NCBI GenBank assembly: GCA_002790655.1
Contig: PFVO01000018.1
Span: 1-53,172 of the forward strand
DNA from: Candidatus Moranbacteria bacterium CG_4_9_14_3_um_filter_44_28
GTDB lineage: Bacteria; Patescibacteriota; Minisyncoccia; Moranbacterales; UBA11712
Direction of reading: 5' to 3'
DNA length: 53,172 nucleotides
The first letter of the stretch is position 1. Every line of letters begins with the position of its first letter. The position numbers and the translations under genes are program-made. Shown here piece after piece: positions 19,075 through 29,522 of the stretch. The notes under the pieces were generated by a model that was not told where the DNA came from, did no database searches, and saw only the letters and a list, made by a program, of their open reading frames with translations.

Positions 19075-20007
19075 ATGATAACCATATTCAAAAGCATACA
19101 AAACAATTTGAAAGAAATCAGCAAGTTCGAGAATGATTGCTGGATAAATGTCTCAAACCCTACTAACGAAGAATTGGAGAAATTATCTCAGAAATTAAAA
19201 ATTCCTTTGGATTTCTTAACAGATCCATTGGATGTTGATGAAAGAGCAAGAATTGATGCAGAGAATGGGTGTATCCTGATTGTATTAAGAGTATCGCGAT
19301 TTGATGAGAAAGAGGTTGATATTCCATTTACTACTCTGCCGGTGGGCATAATAATTACCAAAGAGATAGCTATTACTATCTGTTCTAAAGACGTTCGTGT
19401 CATTTTGGATTTCATTAATGGCAAAGTAAGAAACTTTTCCACTGAAAACAAAAGCCGTTTCCTTTTACAGATATCTCACAGAACAGCTTTGTTATATCTG
19501 AAGGATTTAAGAGAGATTAATAATAGAACAACTATGGTCGAGAAAGAATTACATAAGGCAATGAAGAATGAGGAGCTGATAAAACTATTAAACATTGAGA
19601 AAAGTTTGGTTTTTTTTACAACATCTTTGAGGTCTAATGAACTCATGATGGAAAGACTTCAAAAAACGGAAATTATAAAAATGAATCCTGATGACGAAGA
19701 TTTAATGGAAGACGTAATTACAGAGAGTAAACAAGCTATTGAAATGAGTAATGTTTACAGCAATATCCTCAGTGGAATGATGGATGCATTCGCATCCGTT
19801 ATCTCGAATAACTTAAATGTCGTTGTGAAATTCCTGGCGGCAGTTACAATAATTTTGATGATTCCAACATTGATAGCAAGCCTATATGGTATGAATGTAA
19901 AGCTACCATTTCAAGATTCCTCCCATGCTTTTCTTATAACTCTTAGTATTTCATTTACTCTGTCGGCAATAGGTGTATTGATATTTATAAAAAGAAAATG
20001 GTTCTGA
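19075..20007 (+). CDS. corA: CorA family Mg2+/Co2+ transporter
   Basis: WINVSNPT, DPLDVDERAR, YGMNV signature, two C-terminal TMs. Confidence 0.9.
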   Translation: MITIFKSIQNNLKEISKFENDCWINVSNPTNEELEKLSQKLKIPLDFLTDPLDVDERARIDAENGCILIVLRVSRFDEKEVDIPFTTLPVGIIITKEIAITICSKDVRVILDFINGKVRNFSTENKSRFLLQISHRTALLYLKDLREINNRTTMVEKELHKAMKNEELIKLLNIEKSLVFFTTSLRSNELMMERLQKTEIIKMNPDDEDLMEDVITESKQAIEMSNVYSNILSGMMDAFASVISNNLNVVVKFLAAVTIILMIPTLIASLYGMNVKLPFQDSSHAFLITLSISFTLSAIGVLIFIKRKWF

Positions 20008-20037
20008 ATATGTTTTCCGTCTAACCGCCCAACAAAC

Positions 20038-20066
20038 AAATCCCGGAGTTAAAAACTCCGGGATTT
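20038..20066. terminator. Bidirectional terminator between corA and serS
   Basis: aaatcccggagtt / aactccgggattt perfect stem. Confidence 0.75.
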
Positions 20067-20108
20067 TTAATTTTAATTTTAACATTCTAAATCGCCAGCT
20101 CTAATTCT

Positions 20109-21416
20109 TTACTTCTCTATTTTTTCCAAATTCCCGGGCATCCATTTCCGCAAAACTTCCGGAATCACAACCGAGCCGTCCGCCTGCTGATAGTTTTCGA
20201 TTATTGCGATTATTGTTCTTCCAATTGCAAAAGCTGTGGCATCGTTCATGTGAACATATTCCAGTTTGCCGTTTTTCTTTCGTACTTTTGTATTTAATCT
20301 CCGTGATTGATAATCGTTCATTAAATCCGATGTATGGGTTTCCCTATATCTATTCTGGCCGGGTAGCCAGGTTTCAATATCAATTTGTCGATAATCCGGC
20401 CCGCCCAAATCTCCCGTGCAAATTGCAACGACTTGATAAGACAATCTTAGTGACTGCATAAGATATTCTTGAATCGCAACTATAAAATTTTGTTCTTCGA
20501 TTGAATTTTCAGGTAAACAAAATGATTCCATTTCAAGTTTATCAAACTGGTGAACTCGTAAAATACCCTTCGTGTCTTTTCCGTATGATCCGGCTTCCCT
20601 TCGAAACGCTGTGGAAAAGCCGATAAATCTCATTGGCAAATCCTCTTCTTTTATAATTTCATCCATATACATCGCACCCAAAGTATGTTCGGCACTTCCA
20701 ATCAGATATAAATCATCAGCGGGAGCATAATAGCGTTCCTCTCTTGGCTCGAGCCTTGCCATTCTTTCCATGGGTCCAGGTTTGATAAGTACCGGCGGGA
20801 CAACTGGAATAAATGATTTAGCGCTGACATCAAGCCCTACTTCCTTGATAACTCCCTTAAGAGTATCTTCGTTGGTCAAAATTGAAAAAGCATGCTGGAT
20901 TAAGGCAAATTCAAGTAAAGCGGCTTCGTTTTTCAAAAAATTAAACCGGCTACCGCTTACCTTTGCCGCTCTCGGAATATCAATAATATCCAGCTCTTCC
21001 CCCAACTGTCCGTGCTCTTTTGGCTGAAAATCAAACTTTGGAATTTCTCCCCATTTTCGAATAACTTTATTTCCAGATTCGTCCTTTCCAATGGGAGTAT
21101 CATCAGAAATAACATTAGGAACTTTCCAAAGAATAGTTTTCCATTCCTTTTCAACTTTCTCTAGTTCCGGCTTCAGTTTTTCCAAATTTTCTTTTAATTC
21201 TTTCCCCTTTTCAATCAAATCCTTTTTGTCCTTCACTTTTTTCATTTCTTCGTTCAACTCATTCCGCTTTTCCTTGATTTCCCCAATTTCCCCGATCAGT
21301 TTTCTTCTTTTTTCGTCCAATTCCAAAAGCCGGTCAATATCGCATTTGATATTGCGCAATTCGCAATTCTTTTTCACCGCTTCCTTGTTTTCGCGGATGT
21401 ACTTTATATCTAACAT
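20109..21416 (-). CDS. serS: Serine--tRNA ligase
   Basis: MLDIKYIREN, FRREAGSYGKD, RVHQFDKLE. Confidence 0.97.
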   Translation of the reverse strand: MLDIKYIRENKEAVKKNCELRNIKCDIDRLLELDEKRRKLIGEIGEIKEKRNELNEEMKKVKDKKDLIEKGKELKENLEKLKPELEKVEKEWKTILWKVPNVISDDTPIGKDESGNKVIRKWGEIPKFDFQPKEHGQLGEELDIIDIPRAAKVSGSRFNFLKNEAALLEFALIQHAFSILTNEDTLKGVIKEVGLDVSAKSFIPVVPPVLIKPGPMERMARLEPREERYYAPADDLYLIGSAEHTLGAMYMDEIIKEEDLPMRFIGFSTAFRREAGSYGKDTKGILRVHQFDKLEMESFCLPENSIEEQNFIVAIQEYLMQSLRLSYQVVAICTGDLGGPDYRQIDIETWLPGQNRYRETHTSDLMNDYQSRRLNTKVRKKNGKLEYVHMNDATAFAIGRTIIAIIENYQQADGSVVIPEVLRKWMPGNLEKIEK

Positions 21417-21427
21417 AACCTTGGCGA

Positions 21428-21512
21428 GTGAAAAATTGGAGTTTAGAGAGTATCGCGTTCTGGCCTGCTCCGCAGGCCAGGTTAGCCTACTCGAAAAACT
21501 CTAATTTTTCGC
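21428..21512. repeat. ~85-nt TIR element (family also at 29418-29514 and 34432-34516)
   Basis: gaaaaatt-gagttt / aaactctaatttttcgc arms with tatcgcg...cctg-hairpin-caggttagccta core. Confidence 0.85.
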
Positions 21513-21548
21513 GAGAGATTCTTTGAGAAAGCGAATTTTTCGCGAGAT

Positions 21549-21575
21549 AGATCCCTCGACTACGCTCGGGATGAC
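21549..21575. repeat. Short REP-like hairpin (atccctcgac-tacg-ctcgggatgac)
   Basis: 25-nt exact reverse complement of 47655-47679 inside miaA; similar copy at 34532-34554. Confidence 0.8.
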
Positions 21576-21598
21576 CCTGCCCTTCGCGAAGAGCTGAG

Positions 21599-23047
21599 TC
21601 ATTTTTCTTTCATCGGCGGGAAAATTACCGTCTCGCGCACGGATTTATTCATCAAAAACGCGAATAATCTTTCGCTGAATCCGAATCCAAAGGCTGGCGG
21701 CATTCCGTATTCGAGTGCTTCGACAAAATCTTCGTCGAGCATCTGGGCTTCCTTGTCGCCGGCTTCGCGAAGCTTCATCTGCTCCTCGAAACGCGCTCTC
21801 TGATCAATCGGGTCGTTTAGTTCCGCAAATCCGTTTCCCAGTTCCATTCCGCCGGCCATTACTTGAAGGCGTAAAACTTTCCGCGGATTTTTTGGATCTT
21901 TTTTAGCCAGCGGCGAAACTTCGACCGGATGGCCGACCAGAAAACAAGGCTGAACCATCTTCGGCCGCACAACTTTTTTGAAAATGAGATCAATCATCCT
22001 GCCTTTTCCGTATTCCGGCTTGTATTCGATTTTGAGTTCGTCCGCTTTCTTTCTCAAATCATCAACTGAAATATTTCTATTTAAATCCAACCCCGCCTCT
22101 TGTTTGAATAGCTTGAAATAATCTTCGGTTTCCCACTTGCCGCCCCAGTTGATTTGACTTCCCTCGTGCTCCGTTTCCATTTTCCCCGCAACTTTTTTCA
22201 CAACTTCCTGATATATCTTCTTCGTTAATCGCATTCCCTCTTTGAGGCTTGTATAAGCGCAGTAAAGTTCCACCATATCATATTCCTGCAGATGCTCCCT
22301 GTCAATCCCCTCGTTGCGAAAAACGCGCCCGATTTCAAAAACCTTTTCGTATCCGCCGACCAGCAATTTTTTGAGCGGCAGTTCGAGGGATATTCTCATA
22401 TAATAGTCTCTCGAAAGAGCGTTGTGGCGCGTGACAAACGGCTCCGCTTCCGCGCCGCCTGGAATATTTTCAAGAACCGGCGTCTGGACTTCCAAAAATC
22501 CTTTTTTGGCGAGAAAACTGCGTACTGTCTGCCAGAAAAGATTTTTCTGGCGGAACAGCTCGCGCGTTTCAGGATTGAACGCGAGATCGAGATATCTCCG
22601 ACGCAGAAGTTCTTCCATGTCTTTGAGGCCGAAATATTCCGTTGGAAGCGGCAAAAGACTCTTGCTTAAAATTTTCCAATCGCGGGCCTCAAGAGTCTTT
22701 TCGCCCGTTTTCGTGAGAAACAATTTTCCTTTCACTTCAGTAAAATCACCCAGTTCGATATTTTCCACAAATAAATCATATTCCCGATCTTTCAGATTCT
22801 CCTTTTTTAAAAAAACCTGGATCTTGCCGGATTCATCCTCGATATGACAAAAAGCCAACCCGCCCATTGACCGGAGCGAACGAACTCGGCCGACAAGAGA
22901 AATTTCTTTTCCCTGCAGTTCATCGAATTTCTCCAGCGCTTCCCAATTAGTCATTGAGCGCTCGGTTTTTTCAGGAAAAGGATCAAAGCCGGCATTTCGC
23001 AGGTTTTCGAGTTTTTTCAGTTTTATTTGTTTGATTTTGTCGAGCAT
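21599..23047 (-). CDS. lysS: Lysine--tRNA ligase (class II)
   Basis: GGAEAEPF, FRNEG, ELGNGFAELNDP, YGMPP. Confidence 0.97.
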   Translation of the reverse strand: MLDKIKQIKLKKLENLRNAGFDPFPEKTERSMTNWEALEKFDELQGKEISLVGRVRSLRSMGGLAFCHIEDESGKIQVFLKKENLKDREYDLFVENIELGDFTEVKGKLFLTKTGEKTLEARDWKILSKSLLPLPTEYFGLKDMEELLRRRYLDLAFNPETRELFRQKNLFWQTVRSFLAKKGFLEVQTPVLENIPGGAEAEPFVTRHNALSRDYYMRISLELPLKKLLVGGYEKVFEIGRVFRNEGIDREHLQEYDMVELYCAYTSLKEGMRLTKKIYQEVVKKVAGKMETEHEGSQINWGGKWETEDYFKLFKQEAGLDLNRNISVDDLRKKADELKIEYKPEYGKGRMIDLIFKKVVRPKMVQPCFLVGHPVEVSPLAKKDPKNPRKVLRLQVMAGGMELGNGFAELNDPIDQRARFEEQMKLREAGDKEAQMLDEDFVEALEYGMPPAFGFGFSERLFAFLMNKSVRETVIFPPMKEK

Positions 23048-23052
23048 AAACG

Positions 23053-23185
23053 AAAATTTTCAATTATCAATTTACAATTTTCAATCAATGATCAATTCTT
23101 CAATTTTCAATGTTTGGAAATTTAGTACATTGAAAATTTATTGAAAATTGAGCCTTGAAAATTGAGCCTTGAAAATTGAAAATTG
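23053..23185. repeat. TTGAAAA heptamer inverted array upstream of lysS
   Basis: ttttcaa units followed by ttgaaaa units; includes a 14-mer duplication ttgaaaattgagcc. Confidence 0.8.
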
Positions 23186-23254
23186 CCAGTAGTAACATTA
23201 TATCTTTTCCCCATAAAAAAACAAGATTGAAATGTTCGATCTTGTTTGCCAAGA

Positions 23255-23710
23255 CTATTTCACTTCCAAAATCCTATATTCTTTCTCCCCGCTTGGTGTC
23301 TGAACCATCGCTTTTTCTCCCGCCTTTTTGCCCAAAAGAGCCTTCCCAATAGGAGATTCGTTGGACACTCTCCCATTCAGAGGATCGGCTTCATTTGAGC
23401 CAACAATGTCAAAAGCCTGTTCTTCGCCGTTGAACTTCACCGCCACTCTGGACCCCATTTGAACAACTTTGCTCTTTTTGTCGAAGCTGGAAACCTGCGA
23501 AGTGCGAATGATATTTTCCAGCTCCATAATCCGCCTCTCGTTGTCGGCTTGCTGTCTTTTGGCTTCCGTGTATTCGGCGTTCTCGGAAAGATCTCCCTGC
23601 TCTTTGGCTTCCTTGATAATTTCTGCGATTTTTTGCCTCATTTCTCTTTTTCGCATCTCGAGCTCTTCTTCCAGTTTCTTGTGACCTTCGGGAGTAAGAA
23701 ACGTAGTCAT
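23255..23710 (-). CDS. greA: Transcription elongation factor GreA
   Basis: GDLSENAEY, SNESPIGKALLG. Confidence 0.97.
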   Translation of the reverse strand: MTTFLTPEGHKKLEEELEMRKREMRQKIAEIIKEAKEQGDLSENAEYTEAKRQQADNERRIMELENIIRTSQVSSFDKKSKVVQMGSRVAVKFNGEEQAFDIVGSNEADPLNGRVSNESPIGKALLGKKAGEKAMVQTPSGEKEYRILEVK

Positions 23711-23805
23711 AAATTTGACTTAATTTAAAAGCGCTCTCCAATGAGCACTAAATATTCTATTCAATTGAACAGCTTCAATTATATACAATGGCAAAAAGCT
23801 GTCAA

Positions 23806-25722
23806 CTACCGGGCAAAATACCACTGGTAAACATCTTTCGTCACCGGAACTGCCGTTGAATGTCCTTCCCCTCCTCCTTCAACCAAAATCGCCATGGCAA
23901 TTTCTGGATTGTTATACGGCGCGAAAGAAATAAACCAGCCGTGAGTTTTTCCTTCCTCCCCGAACTGGGCCGTTCCCGTCTTTCCGGCGACTGCTGTCCC
24001 GAGATCATTGAGCTGCTGGGCCGACCCGGAAGTTACCGCTTGCCGCATTCCCTCTTTCACGATTTCGATATTGGCGGGACTAATAAAATTCCGGGCGAGG
24101 ATTTTCGGCTCGATTTTTTCTTCACTTCCATTTGAATCTTCTATTGATTTGACCAAATGCGGCTTCCAGACCGTTCCGCCGTTGGCGACAGCCGCCGTAT
24201 AATTGGCCAGCTGCAAAGGCGTTGCTGTCACAAAGCCCTGACCGATCGCCGAGTGATAATCATCACCAACATACCAGCGTTCCCCAAATTTCTCCTGCTT
24301 CCAGATCCGGTTCGGGAAAAGCCCCGACGCCTCGCCCGGAATATCGATTCCAAGTTTCCGGCCCAAGCCGAATTTTTTGGCGTATTCTTGGATTCTGTCG
24401 ATCCCAAGTCCTTCGACGCTGCCCCAACCACCCCCGAGGGCGTAGAAAAAGATGTCAACGCTCTCGGCAATCGCTTTTCTTATGTCGGTGATACCATGGG
24501 TTTTCCAGTCGGGAAAACGATAGATTCCAATATTGATTGCCGCCGGACAGTTAAGCGTCGTACTCTCGTTAACGGTTCCTTCCTCGAGCGCCGCCGCCGC
24601 CACAAGAGGCTTGATAGTCGAACCGGGGGGATATTCCCCCGATACTGCCCGATTAAACATCGGCTTGCTTTCGTCGCTGATAAGGTTTTTATAATCATCT
24701 GCCGATATCCCCCTTGCAAATAAATTGTTGTCATAGCTTGGAATATCCACCAGTGCCAAAACTTCCCCATTTTTTGGATTAATGGCCACCGCCGCGGCCG
24801 TTTTTGTTTTTGTCGCCTCCGTCATCGCCTTGAGGCTCTCATAAATCTTTTTCTGAAGATCGGCGTCAATGCCGAGCCGCAAATCCGCCCCGTTCTCCGG
24901 CAAATCAATGCCCAAATCTTTCTTGATGTTCCCCGAAGAGTCAACTTCCACCTTCTGCTTCCCGTTTTTCCCGCGAAGATATTTTTCATAGCTCGCTTCA
25001 AGACCGGTTTTTCCGATATAGTCAGTCATAAGACGCTCTGGATTTTTTTTCAGTTCTTCGCTCGTAATTTTTCCGCAGTAGCCCATCACCGGAGAAAAAT
25101 ACTCGCCCCACTTATAATCCCTCACCGCCGCTTTATCCAGTTGAAAACCGGCAAGACGCGCTTTTTTTTCGGAAAAAACAAGAGCCTCCTCCTGACCGAC
25201 ATTTTCTTTCACAAGAACCGGATTCAGCGAATCGAATTCCTGGGACTCGATGAGCGACTTCAGGTTTTGATCATTCATATTGAGTATTTCCGCAACTTCT
25301 TTCTCTTCTCTTTCTCTTTCTCTGAAATCTCTTGGCAAATCAGCCGGGATCGCAACAACATCGAAGCTGGGAGTATTGCTTACAAGCTCCCTGCCATTCC
25401 TGTCGTATATAATTCCCCGCGGCGCTTCTATTGAAATAGATCTCACCCGGTTCTCTTTCGCCATTTGGGAATAATAGTCATTTCTCGCCACCTGGAGATA
25501 AAAAACTTTCAAGGCCAGGATAATCATACCCCCCAGTATCAAATAGCGAAAAAAAAGGAGACCCTTTTCCGGAATCGGCTTTCGAAGCGCTGAAATCTCC
25601 CCGCCGCCTTCTTGCATTGAAGACACTTCGTCTATTTCCATGCTCTTAGCCTGACGTCTTTTGTTGAAATATTTTTGGAAAATCATTTGCTTCCAATTTT
25701 CTGATAATGAAATAAATGACAA
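23806..25722 (-). CDS. mrdA: Penicillin-binding protein 2
   Basis: APRGIIYDRNG, PPGSTIK (SxxK), KTGTAQ; true start is probably a downstream Met (25686 or 25641). Confidence 0.93.
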   Translation of the reverse strand: MSFISLSENWKQMIFQKYFNKRRQAKSMEIDEVSSMQEGGGEISALRKPIPEKGLLFFRYLILGGMIILALKVFYLQVARNDYYSQMAKENRVRSISIEAPRGIIYDRNGRELVSNTPSFDVVAIPADLPRDFREREREEKEVAEILNMNDQNLKSLIESQEFDSLNPVLVKENVGQEEALVFSEKKARLAGFQLDKAAVRDYKWGEYFSPVMGYCGKITSEELKKNPERLMTDYIGKTGLEASYEKYLRGKNGKQKVEVDSSGNIKKDLGIDLPENGADLRLGIDADLQKKIYESLKAMTEATKTKTAAAVAINPKNGEVLALVDIPSYDNNLFARGISADDYKNLISDESKPMFNRAVSGEYPPGSTIKPLVAAAALEEGTVNESTTLNCPAAINIGIYRFPDWKTHGITDIRKAIAESVDIFFYALGGGWGSVEGLGIDRIQEYAKKFGLGRKLGIDIPGEASGLFPNRIWKQEKFGERWYVGDDYHSAIGQGFVTATPLQLANYTAAVANGGTVWKPHLVKSIEDSNGSEEKIEPKILARNFISPANIEIVKEGMRQAVTSGSAQQLNDLGTAVAGKTGTAQFGEEGKTHGWFISFAPYNNPEIAMAILVEGGGEGHSTAVPVTKDVYQWYFAR

Positions 25723-26191
25723 AACCGCCCAAAATTGTATAAGCGCTTTTCAGAAAATAATCAAAATTAATTTCAACCGGGAAAGAAATGAGCTGGTTAT
25801 TCTTTAAAAAATATCTTTCAATATTCAACAATCCGACACTCGCCCAATCAAAAATAAAAAGAGAAAGGGCAAAGATGACAGCCAGGGATAAATAAAACAA
25901 TAAGTGTCTGGATTTGATATTGGACACGGCATTCAGTCTGTCAATCCCGAGAGCAATCAAAATAAGAAGCAGCGAGGTTGACCCCAGGGGCCAGCTGGCA
26001 CCGATATCGAGCAAAAAACCGCTGAAAATTATCCAACCCAAATATTTTTCAAATCCCTGATAAACAACAAGTGAGACTGCCAGCACCAGAATAAGATTGG
26101 GTGTCCGCGCCGGACTCACAAAAGAACCCAAAACGGAGAGCTGGATGAGAATCAGTACAAGGCAGAAAATGAAAAGATTGAAACTTCTCAT
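25646..26191 (-). CDS. mreD: Rod shape-determining protein MreD
   Basis: Hydrophobic 181 aa with PNLILVL and GFLLD, between mreC and PBP2. Confidence 0.75.
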   Translation of the reverse strand: MRSFNLFIFCLVLILIQLSVLGSFVSPARTPNLILVLAVSLVVYQGFEKYLGWIIFSGFLLDIGASWPLGSTSLLLILIALGIDRLNAVSNIKSRHLLFYLSLAVIFALSLFIFDWASVGLLNIERYFLKNNQLISFPVEINFDYFLKSAYTILGGFVIYFIIRKLEANDFPKIFQQKTSG

Positions 26192-27003
26192 GGATTTCCA
26201 AATTTTTTTACCACAAACACTACTCGCAGATCCAAAAAATCAACCGGATTCAAGATCGTCGCTTGCTGAAACAATTTGTCCTGCGACTGATCTATTTTCC
26301 CGATTTTTCCTATTAGCAAGCCTCTCGGCAGCTCTTTTCCTAAGCCGGACGTAATCACTTCATCCCCCTCTTTTATGACATCGGTTTGGGAAATCATGTC
26401 AACCATAAGACTCAATCCGAAAGTTCCTTTTGCTATTCCTTTTGCACCGGAATCAATTACTTCCGCGTTCACAGCGCTGCCCTGGTCGGTAATCAAAGAA
26501 ATTCTGGAAGTATCCGAAAACACTTCAGACACTTTCCCGACCAGAATTCCGCCGGAAACGATAACCGGCATATTCTCACTGATGCCGCTGTTTTTTCCTT
26601 TATCAATTAAAAAACGATTTCCCCGGCTTCCGGGATCTTGGGCAATGATGAAGCTGGCCTCAAGGTCATATTTTTCTCTGGGCGCCAGCTTCATTTCTCC
26701 GCGAAGAATCTCATTTTCTTTTTCAGTGTCCTTGAGTCGCGCGTTTTCCGCCAAAAGTCCCTGATTTTCTCTAGTTAATTCTTCGTTTTCCCTCTTCAAA
26801 TCTCCAATTGAGCCTAAAAAATCAAAAAATCCCGCTGCGCCTCCCGAAAAAATCCGAAAAGTTTTCATAAAGGGGCTGGCGATGGTCAGCATAAATCCCT
26901 TTGCCGGATTATCTGCCCCGCGGGAAGAGACGAGGATTACGATAATTAGCAGAATTATAGCAAAAATGAATTTCCAAGTTTTTTTTGAAAGAGAAAACTT
27001 CAT
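26188..27003 (-). CDS. mreC: Rod shape-determining protein MreC
   Basis: TM, coiled coil, IDKG, GILVGKV, TSGLG. Confidence 0.93.
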   Translation of the reverse strand: MKFSLSKKTWKFIFAIILLIIVILVSSRGADNPAKGFMLTIASPFMKTFRIFSGGAAGFFDFLGSIGDLKRENEELTRENQGLLAENARLKDTEKENEILRGEMKLAPREKYDLEASFIIAQDPGSRGNRFLIDKGKNSGISENMPVIVSGGILVGKVSEVFSDTSRISLITDQGSAVNAEVIDSGAKGIAKGTFGLSLMVDMISQTDVIKEGDEVITSGLGKELPRGLLIGKIGKIDQSQDKLFQQATILNPVDFLDLRVVFVVKKFGNP

Positions 27004-27032
27004 AATAATTTTAATTTTTTTGCAGCTTTATT

Positions 27033-28085
27033 CTAGAAACTAACTTTATCATATTGTGTTTCTGCCAGCACATCCTTGAGTTCCTCAAGATGCTCCAAAA
27101 TTATTCCCGTTCCGCGGGCAACCGCCGTCAAAGGATCGTCTGCTACCCGCACCGGCATATCAGACTGTTCGGAAATGAGTTTATCAATGCCCCTGATCAA
27201 GCTTCCGCCGCCGACCAGAATAATTCCTCTTTGCATTATATCAGAAAGAAGCTCCGGAGGAGTTTCTTCAATAGTTGATTTGATGTTATTGACGATTATT
27301 TTGATTGAACGAAAAATGGCTTCGCGAATTTGAGCGTCGTTGACCACCACTTCTTTGGGAAGTCCGGTCACAAGATCTCTTCCGCGCATTGGCATTTCAA
27401 GTGTTTCATTTAGTTCATACGCACTGCCAATGGCAATTTTTATGTCTTCAGCTGTTTTTTCACCAAGGAGCAGGTTGAATTCGTCGCGGGCGTAGCGAAT
27501 GATATCCTCGTTCATCTCGTCTCCGGCAATGCGAAGGCTGCGGCAAACAACCACGCCTCCAAGGGATATCACGGCGACTTCAGTGGTTCCGCCACCGATA
27601 TCCACAATCATATTTCCCGAGGCCTCCTGCACCGGAAGCCGCGCTCCGATCGCCGCCGCCATCGGCTCATCAACAAGATAGGCACGCCGCGCCCCGGCAT
27701 TCACTGCCGCATCCACTACCGCCCGTTTTTCCACCTCCGTAACGCCAGAAGGAATCCCGATCACTACTTGCGGACGAGGAAGAAGAACAAAACTTTCTTT
27801 GTGGACTTTTTCGATGAAGTAGCGAAGCATCTGCTCCGTCACTTCAAAATCACTCACTACGCCGTCAACCAGCGGCCGCGTAGCGACGATATGGGATGGG
27901 GTTTTCCCGACCATTTTTTTGGCTTCCGCGCCAATGGCCAGAATCTGCCCAGTTTTCTGATTGATTGCCACTACCGATGGCTCGTTGATGACAATCCCCC
28001 GCCCCTCGACATAGATAAGAATGTTGGCCGTCCCCAAATCAATCCCAATATCTTTTGAAAATTTCCCGAAGATTTTAGAAAGCAT
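27033..28085 (-). CDS. mreB: Rod shape-determining protein MreB
   Basis: IGIDLGTAN, EPSVVA, DIGGGTTE. Confidence 0.96.
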   Translation of the reverse strand: MLSKIFGKFSKDIGIDLGTANILIYVEGRGIVINEPSVVAINQKTGQILAIGAEAKKMVGKTPSHIVATRPLVDGVVSDFEVTEQMLRYFIEKVHKESFVLLPRPQVVIGIPSGVTEVEKRAVVDAAVNAGARRAYLVDEPMAAAIGARLPVQEASGNMIVDIGGGTTEVAVISLGGVVVCRSLRIAGDEMNEDIIRYARDEFNLLLGEKTAEDIKIAIGSAYELNETLEMPMRGRDLVTGLPKEVVVNDAQIREAIFRSIKIIVNNIKSTIEETPPELLSDIMQRGIILVGGGSLIRGIDKLISEQSDMPVRVADDPLTAVARGTGIILEHLEELKDVLAETQYDKVSF

Positions 28086-28090
28086 AATAA

Positions 28091-28212
28091 ATCTAAAAAC
28101 GAAGAGCTAAAAAGTAAAAACAACAGTTAAAAGCTTAAAACTGGACACCCAAAAAAGCTTTAAGCTTTTAGTTGTTGTTTTTAGATTTTCGTTTTTAGTT
28201 TTTAGTTTTATT
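28091..28212. repeat. Heptamer-based inverted element upstream of mreB
   Basis: ctaaaaacgaa...taaaagcttaaa / tttaagcttttag...ttcgtttttag. Confidence 0.7.
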
Positions 28213-28300
28213 TAGCTGTCTTATTCTACAAAACAAAAAGGGACGTGTCAAAAGCACGCCTATTATCCTATAAAATTCGCTAATAAACTAATAAAAATGG

Positions 28301-29410
28301 TTAAAATAGATTTCTTACTTTGTCTATTAAATCAAATTTCACGAAATCCCGGAAGGTGACAAAAATCATAAGCGTTATTAAAAGAGCAAATCCCAAATTA
28401 TGCGCCCGTTGTTCAAATTTTTGGCTGACAGGCGATCCCTTGAGCTTTTCAATCAGTATAAAGAGAATCCGTCCGCCGTCAAGCGCTGGAATAGGAAGAA
28501 TGTTGATGATGGCGAGATTGACAGACAGCATCGCCGTGAAGCGGACAAGATAATCAAACCCCAGCTGGGCCACCTGCCCGGTGAGAACAGCGATTCCCAC
28601 CGGACCGGAAACATCTAGCCCCACCGGCTGGCCGGTAATCAGCCGCCAAATCATTCCGAAGAGAAAAAATATGAATGTAATTGTAATGCTGAAAGTATAT
28701 TCAATTCCTTTCCAGACCGCTTCGTACCATGGATAGCTCACTTCGACCGTTTTTGCCAACGCGATTCCCAGCGGCCCTTCCCCTTCGGGAAAATCAGTCC
28801 GCGGAATCCCCGTGAGTTTCAATTCTTTTTTCCCTCTTTTTATATCCAATTTAATTTCTTTCCCCTGATTTTCCTTCATATAATTCTGCACTTCTTCAAC
28901 CGAAGAAAATTTCGTCAAATTTCCATCACCACCGACCACTCCCGAAATCTCGTCTCCCATTTGGAGATTCATCGCTTCCGCCGGCGTATTTTTCCCAACA
29001 TCCACAATTTGTATTTTCTCATTTCTCGCGCTCCCGCCTCTCACTTCTTCAGCAATCTGCGGAACGCCTTTGTAAAATCCGACCGAAAACAAAACAGCCG
29101 CCAGCAAGAAATTCATCGCGACTCCCGCCGCGAGAATTCTTGCCCGCGCAAACGGCGATTTTGAAGCAAAACTTTTCGGATTTTCTTTTTCCTCCCCGTC
29201 TTCTCCCGTTATTTTCACGAATCCGCCCAGCGGGATCCAATTAACTGAATAAATCGTTCCTTTCCGCTTAACTCCAAAAATTCTTGGCGGGAAACCAAAG
29301 CCGAATTCCTCAACCGCCACTCCGTTTCTCCGCGCAATCAAAAAATGCCCGAATTCGTGGACAAAAACAAGAAGTCCAAGGATTAGGATAAAAATTATTA
29401 CTGTAATCAT
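28301..29410 (-). CDS. rseP: RIP metalloprotease RseP (site-2 protease)
   Basis: HEFGH, PLGGFV, NILPIPALDGG. Confidence 0.95.
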   Translation of the reverse strand: MITVIIFILILGLLVFVHEFGHFLIARRNGVAVEEFGFGFPPRIFGVKRKGTIYSVNWIPLGGFVKITGEDGEEKENPKSFASKSPFARARILAAGVAMNFLLAAVLFSVGFYKGVPQIAEEVRGGSARNEKIQIVDVGKNTPAEAMNLQMGDEISGVVGGDGNLTKFSSVEEVQNYMKENQGKEIKLDIKRGKKELKLTGIPRTDFPEGEGPLGIALAKTVEVSYPWYEAVWKGIEYTFSITITFIFFLFGMIWRLITGQPVGLDVSGPVGIAVLTGQVAQLGFDYLVRFTAMLSVNLAIINILPIPALDGGRILFILIEKLKGSPVSQKFEQRAHNLGFALLITLMIFVTFRDFVKFDLIDKVRNLF

Positions 29411-29417
29411 AATAAGC

Positions 29418-29514
29418 TTCAGCGAAAAATTGAGATTCAGAAAATATCGCGTCCTGCCCCGACTTTGCGTCGGGGCAGGTTAGCCTATTTGAAGAATCTC
29501 AATTTTTCGCTGAA
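29418..29514. repeat. TIR element (21-bp perfect TIR)
   Basis: ttcagcgaaaaattgagattc / gaatctcaatttttcgctgaa; core tatcgcgtcctgccccgactttgcgtcggggcaggttagccta. Confidence 0.88.
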
Positions 29515-29522
29515 TTAAATCT

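Noticed and set aside
23053..23185. Possible CRISPR array
   Set aside because: Units are 7-14 nt with no unique spacers, and there are no cas genes.
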